The notes below the pieces were generated by a model. The model was not told the origin of the DNA. It did no database searches and saw nothing but the letters and a program-made list of their open reading frames with translations. Shown piece after piece: positions 44,980-54,577 of a stretch of 64,000 nt of DNA (the first letter of the stretch is position 1; the number at the start of each line of letters is the position of its first letter). The position numbers and the translations under genes are program-made. Location: positions 12,524,001-12,588,000 of the forward strand of contig CM102285.1 in assembly GCA_046563655.1 (NCBI GenBank), in the 5' to 3' direction. Source of the DNA: Yuukianura sp. NJ FZ-2021 (lineage: Eukaryota).

Positions 44980-46124
44980 GAACTACCTCAAGGTCAATGG
45001 TGACAGCTTTCCTCAGCTATTTTTATCACCACATTCTGTATGTACATTGTTATTCGTCTTCCATTAACTTCAAACTCCAATTCCATTTATAGCCCTCATG
45101 TTTTGAAATTGCTTCTTGTCCAGTTATCCAGTTTTATCCGGCCATGTTAATTTTTTGTATTTGGTTTTCCATTGAAAATAAAGTTTTAGCATACGTAATT
45201 TTCAAAATTGAACTTTCAACAGAACCTTATAAGTGGGATATGGGATGCTTTTAACCCTTGGTACTATAGCGTGACTCGCGAGATTTGTCCAGGATCAAAC
45301 CAGTGACGTTGCAAATTTTTAATTGTAGCTCGAACGCCTGCATTTGGAATAATTTTCGCATCTTTTTCATTAGTACATTAGTAGTTTAAAAGCAGTAGAT
45401 TTCGCCCTTGTTACTACTAGCCCTGTGACCTTGATTCCTTGACCTTCAAAAATCACAATAGGAACTCATGCAGTGCATAGAAGGAAGTCTCACGCCAATA
45501 ACTAATTTGCAAGTAAAAATTAACTTTTGTTAGCCTAACTTTTTTAAACATTCACCTCTTTCACCTATGCCATATAGGCTTCGAAAGGAAATTTTGGCAT
45601 CTCTGACAACAACACGCTTCTTTCCACTTGGAACTGAAAGTTCGCAAAAGCCAAATCGACTCTGAATATTCAATGGCTTCATCCATTCAATCCCCGTCAA
45701 CATGTCTGCTATTCGTGTACCCCTTTACCACAAATTCGCAATGATCCAAAACTTTCCAGGAGCATAGTCGGTTTTTCCATGCAGAAGAAGTGAAATATGT
45801 GAGTGCTTGTGCAATTTTTTGAAGACTGATCAGATCTCATCACTAAACTTACACTATTAAAGTTAACAATTCCAAGAAACTTTATTTAATTTTAGCATAG
45901 GTTATTCCAGGACTGGAGTCATCTTTCTGGAAGAAGTGCTAAGGAAAGGAAAATTGATTGCGGAAGTTAATGTTAATTGTGAGTGTGACCATCGCACATC
46001 AAGATAGCATCTAAACTCACTGTGAAGATCATCCTTATAATAGTAGGATTATTGGAAACTTTCCCTTTTGGAGAAAGTTCGGGAAATGCGTTGGTAGGAG
46101 AATCATGTAAGCAATCCAATTTTA

Positions 46125-46625
46125 AAATTGCAAATTTTGCAAATTTTCAAGATTGAAAACTGATTTTTTGCAAAAAGTTGGCACTAAACCATGTGGAAGT
46201 ATGTTTTGCAACTTAACTCGAGGGCTGCAAGCGGAAAAATTGTTGTAAAGTTGAAATTTTTAGAATTTTCAAAAATTCAAAGTGCTTGGGCAAAAAGTTG
46301 TTGTGGAGCAGTTAGTTTTTGTAAGAAGTTGACAGGGGATTACAAAGCACAAGAAGGCTCCTCTCCCTCCTTTGCCAACGAGAGAAGCGAGTGCGGGAAA
46401 AAAAAAGTTGAGGTGGGCAGGGTAGCCTTTCTGAGCCGTACGATCCCCTTGCAGCTCCGGTCACTTTCAAAACTGACTCTGTTACTTCTCCATGTTAAAT
46501 CTCTTTCAGAAAATTTCAAAAAATCAAAAACTTTAAAAATTCATAACTTTGGAATGGAAACCGATAGAAAGCTAAACTCTTCGCGCCTGAACTCAGAAAA
46601 ACATGTAGAATTTTCTAAAATTTGA
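46125..46625 (+). repeat. Dispersed repeat copy B
   Basis: Reverse complement of 40170-40680. Its 3' ~120 bp recur directly at 48591-48712. Confidence 0.85.
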
Positions 46626-47021
46626 AGAATTTTAAAAAACAAAATTTTGAGCAAAATTTTCAGAAATTCGCCAGTAGCTTCTTGTTAGCTATTGAACTGT
46701 TTTAAAACTTTAAAAAACCTACAAGGTTTTTTAAATCTCTGAATTTAGCACTGAAGAGATCTTCCCAATAATAAATACCTTTCCCGAGATATGAATTTTG
46801 ACACTTTTTTTATTTTTGAAATATTTTGTATGGAATGGAACTAAGTTTGAATGTTTGAAAAAGTTGAGGGATTAATCCATTCAACAGTGTTCACTTTTCT
46901 GCTCAACTTTTTGACTTCCACACATAACTGTAATTATTCGACTAATTAGATAAGATAAACCAGTAAACCAAAATTATCTTCGGATCCAATCAGAACCAGC
47001 CCACAAATCATTTCAGACTTC

Positions 47022-47884
47022 TTACACCGTAGCAATGACGATCAAAAGGTGAGCAATGTCGGCAACGCCATTCAGCAAATCCGGTGCTATTCGGGCCAAG
47101 TTTTCGCTTGCAAATTCACAGGCTGGGAAGATTCGAATGACGAAGGATGGCTGTAAATTGAAGGAGAATTTGGCAATTAATCAATGAACGCTCACAGAAT
47201 CAATGAATCAGATTATTAAATAGCTTTCGCTATTTAATAAGTTCTGAATTTCATACGTTTCAGTTTATACCGTATCAGCAGATGACTGATGATGAACATT
47301 CACAATCCCAGCAGCTTGCTTACGTTGAAGATATGTGATAAATCCACTTCGTAGGTTATTGTTACTTTGTAGTACGTCCAAGTGATCCCTTCCACACGGT
47401 AAGGCGAGCAGCATGCAATGCTCTTGTTCCTTCTGTCACAGCCGAAGAATATTTGAGTTGTTATTCAATTCCAGAGTTTACTAGGTTCAAGCGTAAAGTT
47501 TAAATTAAAATAAATAAACATGTACCTGCAATTCCCTTGCGACTCCATCAAGTTGGACAGTCTCAAGTCGCATCCTTTGAGAAATTCGAAGTGGGAGGGT
47601 CGTTCCATTAGGATTTGTTGGTAGCGCATCGGTGGCACCATTCATGTTTCCAGACACGAAATGAAATTGGCATGCAGCACTATCATTCTTGAGTGCGAGT
47701 ATTCCTTGCCAAACGATTGGGTATCGCTGCAAAAACAACAAAATCACTTAGCATTTTAACAAATCTAAGGTCAAATTAGTACTGCAGCAGTACTACTGCT
47801 TATTCGTACGTGAAGCAACACTAGCATTGAATCTCCTCGCGGAGGCAGTTGTGGGGAATTACGTATCCGTGATTCTGGGGCCAT
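47022..47884 (-). CDS. Stand-alone Spen/SHARP-type SPOC-domain protein, 4 exons (47884-47810, 47726-47526, 47432-47271, 47150-47022), 188 aa
   Basis: Spliced translation: MAPESRIRNSPQLPPRGDSMLVLLH-RYPIVWQGILALKNDSAACQFHFVSGN...LRISQRMRLETVQLDGVARELQ-KEQEHCMLLALPCGRDHLDVLQ...GFITYLQRKQAAGIVNV...-PSFVIRIFPACEFASENLARIAPDLL...HLLIVIATV*. This matches the Spen C-terminal SPOC domain. All three introns are GT-AG and phase 0, with no stops. Confidence 0.88.
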
Positions 47885-48347
47885 CTTCCGCGAAATTTAA
47901 GCCGAGGATTCTTTGTAGTGGACGGACGAGGCGAGACCTTTTCCTCAATAATTTGTAAACGTTAAATAACTTCCGCTCTAAAACAAGAGAATCAAAAAAA
48001 ATGAAAAAAAATGTAAACAAATAAGTTTACGAGATGACAAAATGGGGACGGACTATTCCGCTGATCCGCTGATCGGATTCCGCTGCGCCAGATGAAATCT
48101 ACTACATATTACAAGATAATGTCTGTCCGACCACAGTATGAGTGAACCAACCTCGCATCTGTTGTAGCCACTGAAATAGAAAACAGAGGAGTCCCACACA
48201 CCATACTCGCATCGCACCCTTCTCTTTTCTTTCCACTCACTCGGAGCACAAAATAGACAGCACAAGGAATGGGATGCGCTAAAACGGAATTGCGTGATGT
48301 TTTTCACTTTGACTTTAATCTGTCAATTCGGTTGCGTACGCTATAGC

Positions 48348-48387
48348 CTAGGCTTTTCATTTGCCGTGAGGCAAATGAAAAGCCTAG
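48348..48387. repeat. Perfect 18-bp hairpin with GTGA loop
   Basis: CTAGGCTTTTCATTTGCC-GTGA-GGCAAATGAAAAGCCTAG. Confidence 0.9.
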
Positions 48388-48983
48388 TTTAGAATAAGAC
48401 AGAACATGTGTTTTTTAAATTTTGATCTGCACTAAAATATTAAATTTTTCATTCGGCGTGAAGCTTTTTTGAGATCTTTAAAAGTTTGATCTTTTTGAAG
48501 TGTTGCTGTTGCCAAATTTTTGCACTAAAGTAAGGTATGTAAATCGGTACTCTTTTCGGAGCATAATTTCGGCTCCCGGAAATTCTGTATTCTTTCAGAA
48601 AATTTTTAAAAAATCAAAAACTTTAAAAATTCATAACTTCAGAACGAAAAGCGACAGAAAGCTAAACCTTTTCATGCCCGAACTCATAAAAACATACAGA
48701 ATTTTCCAATTTTCTAATATTTTTTAAAAGGTGCCCCAAAATTTTGACCAAATTTCGAATAGCATTGGCTTTTTTTTTTGCTAAACATTTTTCGGTTCGT
48801 TTTCGCTTTTTTTAAATTTTTAAACGATTCTTATAAGATGATGTCCTGGATGTGAAAGATGGGTGTCGTTAGTCCTTTTACCGTTTCATAGATATGAATT
48901 TCCAAAGTTTTAAAATTTCAATTTCAATTTTCGCTTTAAACTGCAACCAATTGTAAAAGATTGACCATTTTTGTGTTGTTTAG

Positions 48984-51693
48984 ACCGATTATGCGTTCCA
49001 AGTGGATTCCAAAGCCTGTGCGAGGAGATGACAACTACTCGGATCGCTGGGAAAATAAAATGCATCAGCGCCAGTGGAAAGTAAGCGGATACTCTTACAG
49101 TCAAAAAATATGAGGAAAGTTTATTCGTCCCGAGTATACATAGTTGACTATTTTTGTTTAGGATTGGATGCATCGAAAAAGTCATCAAAGATGAAGCGGA
49201 TTTTCTACCTCTAGAACCCGAAGAAATTTTCGTTGCTCATAAATATCAGCGAAATGGACTAAACGTCATTGCGGAGATTCGCTCAATTGAATTCGCTTCA
49301 CGTTAGAAGATCATCAAAAATGATTTCAAAATAGAGGCAGATCCAAACAGAGCACGCAATCTAAAATATTTTTAACCATTTTGTGCTTTTTAGGTGACTA
49401 CCGCTATGAGCCAGTTGCCATCGTAAGAAAAAGTTCTGGAATCACGAAGATCTCTGACCTCAGAGGAAAGAAGTCGTGTCATACCGGCTATGGAAGAAAT
49501 GCTGGTTGGAAAGTCCCATTTTCGCATTTGATGGACAAGAACGAACTGCCTGGACTTTGTAACGAAATTGATGCTTCTACGCCTGAGAGAGATCTGTATG
49601 CAATGTCCAAGTATTTTGGAAAAGCATGCGCTCCGGGTCCATGGGTGGAAGAAAAGGACGCCGATGTCAATCTACGTAAGTAATCAATGTATTCAGCTGG
49701 AAATGTGTTGTGACCTGGATTTATTGACCTCATTTTGGAAAAACAGGGAGCAAATATTCCAACTTGTGTGAACTCTGCAAGAGTCCAAGAGACTGCGACG
49801 GTAAAGACGTCTACTCTGGCTACGAAGGGGCCCTTAAGTGCTTGACCGAAAACAATGGAGATGTCGCCTGGACAAAAATGGATGCAGTTCAGCGGTTTTT
49901 TCGATTGAATTCGACGTAAGCATATAAACGGCTTCCATTACGTGACAAATGGACAAGCATCAACTAATTTTCGAATTTTTGATCCAGCACTCCGTCTGCC
50001 ATTGTTGGAAGCTATGCATTTCTATGCTGGGATGGATCATCGCAACCTTTGACCTCACCTAGACCATGTTCTTGGGCCAAGCGACCGTGGAGAGCTTTCT
50101 TAGCTACAAGGCGTCTCACTTATGAAGCAATCGCCGACCTTCAAAAGGAAATCAGTTCCTATGTTTCTCAGGCAAAGCAACTTCGAGAAACGAATACCTC
50201 AGTGAACTGGGACATCAAAGTTCTGGAAGTCAACGCTACTAGCGAAACGGAAGTTCCTTACTTACCACATTTGGCAAAATCTACGTCTGCTTATAGCTAC
50301 CTTCAGCAGAAAAACTACACTGTGACAATTGAGAAACCATCTTGCTCCGTTGCGAAACTTGTCCGAATTTGTGTAAAAGATGTACTGGAGAAGCTCAAAT
50401 GCGAAGAACTGCAACTGGGAGCAATTGGAAAACGAATTGTGCCTGGATTTGATTGTGTTTTAGGAGAAAGTCTTTGGGATTGCTTCAAGAAAGTTCAAAA
50501 TGGACAGGCAGATGCTGTCATTTCAACAGCCAAAGACGCTGCTGTTGGAAAAGCGTAAGTTGAAGAACACAAATTTTGAAAATTGAAATTCACATTTCTT
50601 TAAAAATTCTAGGGAATATGGGCTGGTTCCAATTGTCAGCACTTTGGAACTAATCGACGAAGCATCTCAGGAAAAGGCTCCATACAAGTTTGCAGTTGCT
50701 GTCATTCGGAACGATTCGGCAATTCGGAATATTACGGACTTGAAAGGAAAGAAATCCTGTCATGGATCTATTCGGAGTTTTGCTGGTTGGAACATTCCGT
50801 TGAACCATCTTCGAAATGCTGGATTGATATCTGGACCGACTTGTGGATTGCCTCTGGAAATGGCGAAACTTTTTAATGGATCGTGTGTGCCTGGACTATT
50901 CGACGCTAAGCGCAAGATGCCTTGGCTTCCGGATTCACTTTGCTCGATATGCGCTGGAGATACTGTGGAAGGAGATCCAGCAACGATAACACCCGGGACG
51001 CTGTGTCAAGACGGTCCACAAGAACGATTTTTCGGGCCCCGCGGTGCTCTGCTTTGCCTGACGGAGAATGTAGCTGATGTCGCCTTCATTGATCATGTCG
51101 CACTGCTCAAGCTAGTGTCAGAAGGTTAGTGAATCTCGTTTTTCAAAAGACTAAAAGCATCTAAAACGTTTTAAAAGTTGATGTTTTCCGTTTTACAGGC
51201 GTCATTACCCTGAACGAGGTCAAACTTTTGTGTCCGCAGGGACAGACCATGGAACCAACACAATTCCGACATTGTAACTGGGGGAAAGCTCCTTCCAGAA
51301 AAATTTTGAGCCGAGATGGCGATCCCAGTAAAGTGCTAAGGGAAGATGCAAAATTTAGCTTATTAAAAGCTGGTGCGACATTTTCACCTGACTGGGCATC
51401 CAATGTCGTCCCATTGTTTGGGCCTTACTACAGCAACAGAGACGTCTTATTTCTAGTAAGCTGTAGTTCTACAATAGTTTGACCTGTTAATTGTTTGACC
51501 TTAATTAATCTTTTAATTCCAGGACACTTCAGTGGGTTTGGCCAACAATGTCCAGGACTTGAAATCCGAAGAAATCATCAATGCATTTGATTTTTGTAAA
51601 ACTTCGGCTGCTAGAATTAATTCAGCAGGTTTCGCATTCCTTTTGACAGCGTTCCTTCTTTTCTCACATATCTTGAATATCAGTAATGCTTAG
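48984..51693 (+). CDS. Bilobed transferrin family protein with a hydrophobic C-terminal tail; first (signal peptide) exon not identified
   Basis: Exons begin at 48984 (RLCVP), 49162 (IGCIEKVIKDEADF), 49394 (YRYEPVAIVRK...KKSCHTGYGRNAGWKVP), ~49747 (YSGYEGALKCL...GDVAW), ~49988, ~50613 (KKSCHGSIRSFAGWNIP...GALLCLTENVADVAFI), ~51199 and 51523. Stop TAG at 51691-93. Confidence 0.9.
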
Positions 51694-52113
51694 CTTAAAA
51701 GCAAAGTGATTAATTAATTGTGCATTAGTTAATTGTTATAACTTAACAATAAAAACTCCACCCGTTTAAATTTTCAAAGTATTCCTGGTTTAGTGGCAAA
51801 ATTGAAATTCTACGAGGCAAAAAGGTTCCCACTTTTATAGCGTCCTTCTGTGAGACTTGGCAAAAAACGCGCGAAAATTATTCCATGCAGAAGATTCAAA
51901 ATTAAAAAATAAAAACAAAAGTTGAAAGTAAAAAAAAACAAGAAATCAATCAAACAAATTGAAATTTAGTTTCAAAAGTTAATTGTTTCTCATTAATCCT
52001 TCATTTCAGGTAATTAAGTTGTCAAATTAAGAATTAATGACACATTTGTATTGGCATTAGTGACTATCTTCCAGAAAGTGTTTACTGAAGTTTAGAAACT
52101 GTAAAGAGCAATA

Positions 52114-53169
52114 ATGTTTCGAAGACTAATTTCATCGTCACTGACGAAGTTGTCATCAAACCGATTACTATTCAGAGAACAACCCCAACGATACTTTAGA
52201 ATTACGACTGCTCGACCTGATCTGATGGAATTTTTCGATGATCCGAAGAACTGGGGAGAACAAGAAATCAAGGTCGGACGGTCATGGAAGGTTGATGAAC
52301 TTAGATTGAAGAGTAATACAGATTTACACAAACTATGGTAAGAACTTAAGAAGTTTGTGTAAAAGTATCTTACAAAGCACAATAGAAAACAACAGTCTGT
52401 TTACTACGAAGTTATTTTGTTATTTCCAGGTACATTTTATTGAAGGAGAGGAACATGCTTTTCACAATGGAACACGATGCTAAAGTTGAATTTCGTCTTT
52501 TTCCTAATCCTGAAAGAATTGACAAAGTAGGTTCTGCCAATTACTAGATGTAGAACATGAATGATTAACCTTTGAACCAAGCCTAACTTTGTATAATTTC
52601 CAGGTACAAGATAGCATGGCGAATATTGAAACTGTAGTTCGAGAAAGAAACCGCGCATATTTCCTGCTGGAGACTGGACACACTGGAGAAAGACCTGGAG
52701 CCGAAGTTGAAAATTTCCTGGGACTTAAAGAATATGTACAGCACGATGAATACCACGTTCCAAAAGAACAGAACAAGGAATATCTACTGCGGAAGGAAGC
52801 CGAGCCCAAATCCTCCAGCAGAGAGAAACATTGGTTCCTTGTTCGCTGGAGAGCCAAGCAGAGAACCCTTGCCAGGAAGGAACTGAGGTAAACGAAACTT
52901 TTACAAAGTGATCTCAGCATGTTAAAAGATTACCATGCTAGACTATCAAGTTGTTACAACTCATTGCGAAATTATACGTTTTCAGACGGAAGCAATACGA
53001 AGTACTCAGCATCCTCAGGAACTTCCCTGACTGTGACAAGGAGGCCCTCCAGGAGAAGTATCCCGATGTCAACATCCCACGTTATGTTGCACGTATAAAA
53101 GATAAGAATTTCGAAAATATGATTGGTATTGGTCCTTTTGAAGTATCCAGATATACAGTACGTATTTAA
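52114..53169 (+). CDS. MRPL47: Mitochondrial ribosomal protein L47 (uL29m), 5 exons
   Basis: Mitochondrial presequence-like N-terminus, then [53 protein letters not shown]...[28 protein letters not shown]. Confidence 0.93.
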
Positions 53170-53651
53170 CCGTTTGTAAAGCCTGGCGCAAACCTGTACG
53201 TAAGTAAACTAGCAGTAACTGGTTCCTGTCATTCTGCCGATTTACGTTTTTAAGAATCGCAGGTCATTCTAGAAATGAATTTACCAGTGCCAATCAGTTA
53301 ATCAACCTCTGTCAAAACAACTTTAATTACTTTCTAAATACATCTGCTTAATTTTGCAAAGCAAAACCAGCATTTGTTTGCCACTGACGACGTGAGTAGG
53401 ACAACATTCCGTTTTACGACCGGTCTTGTCATCATGAACCATGAGATTAAGTAATGGGTTGAGGTGACGTCAAGGTTGGCCAGATAAATTTGGATCATGA
53501 ACTAGGAAACAACACATTTGGGGTCGAGAAGGAGGTTATTGCGACTCTTGGATTCAGTCACGACTTAGACGTTCAAACAAGAGCACTGCACTGCCGCCAA
53601 CTATTAGTGTTTACATCTTATTTTTCAGTTTTCAGCGTTGCAATTTTCATA

Positions 53652-54321
53652 ATGGTCACTGCTTGGTACATCGACGACAATGAAAACCCGGGTGACGATG
53701 TCCTAGTGGACGAAATTTATACTAAAACTGGCATCCTATACTACAGGGTAAAAAAAAACGCAATTTCCAACATGTTTGCAGAGGAGTTCTGCAAAAATTT
53801 ATCTCAACTTCAAAAATATAAAAGTATAAATCGTTTTTGTGTTGTTTTTAGTTGAATATGGACTCTTTTGACACGGATGGCAGAATTCAAGAAATTCGGA
53901 AAGAACGGAAATATGGATACCAAGATATTCTGGACATAAACCCTGAGCGTTTGCCAAACTACGAAGCCCGGGTAACAATAACAACTTATACACAATTTAC
54001 GCAATGCTCTAGAATTTTGAAGATGCTTTACGTCAATGATGGTGTAATTTCCAGGTCAAAGGTTTCCACACCGAGCATCAACATCCAGAAGAAGAGATTC
54101 GAATGGTCATCAAAGGAATTACGTTTTTTGATGTTCGTGACAAAGGAGATCGGTGGATGCGACTTCGCATGACCCCTGGTGACCTTGTGGTCCTTCCTCC
54201 AATGATCTTTCATCGTCTGACGCTCATTGAAGAAGACCCTGACGTCGTCATTTATCGACTTTTCAAGGAGAGTCCTATCTGGACAGCCTTCAATCGCCAC
54301 TCCGAAATCACAGCAGAGTAA
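53652..54321 (+). CDS. ADI1: Acireductone dioxygenase (ADI1/ARD cupin)-like protein, 3 exons (53652-53747, 53852-53971, 54055-54321), 160 aa
   Basis: MVTAWYIDD start; LPNYEARVKGFHTEHQHPEEEIR (HxH...E metal ligands); FFDVRDKGDRWMR; GDLVVLPPMIFHR; RLFKESPIWTAFNR. Confidence 0.85.
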
Positions 54322-54577
54322 TAAATCCACGCGTAAGTTGTTCAGGTCAATCGGGTCACTTCTGTAAAGAAAGTAATTAAGTCTAGAACGATAAGCATTA
54401 AGTTGACAACACGTCTTCGACAAGGTTACGTTTGTTTTTAATTGATGAATTAACCATTGTACGTACCTCTTTTACAAAATAAAAAGTTATAAATAATCAA
54501 GATAATTTGAGTTTACCTTTAAATAGAAAAATATGAAACCACGGAAAGCAGCATTTCTGAAAAGCATAATAGTTTTG

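Noticed and set aside
45560..45780. Minus-strand stretch faintly resembling a retroviral protease C-terminus (DMLTGIEWM)
   Set aside because: Needs a frameshift; no catalytic DTG/DSG motif and no other retroelement parts.
46191..46625. 144-aa ORF with near-identical counterparts at 40044-40606
   Set aside because: Lies within a dispersed repeat; the frame is broken in the other copy; no recognisable domain.
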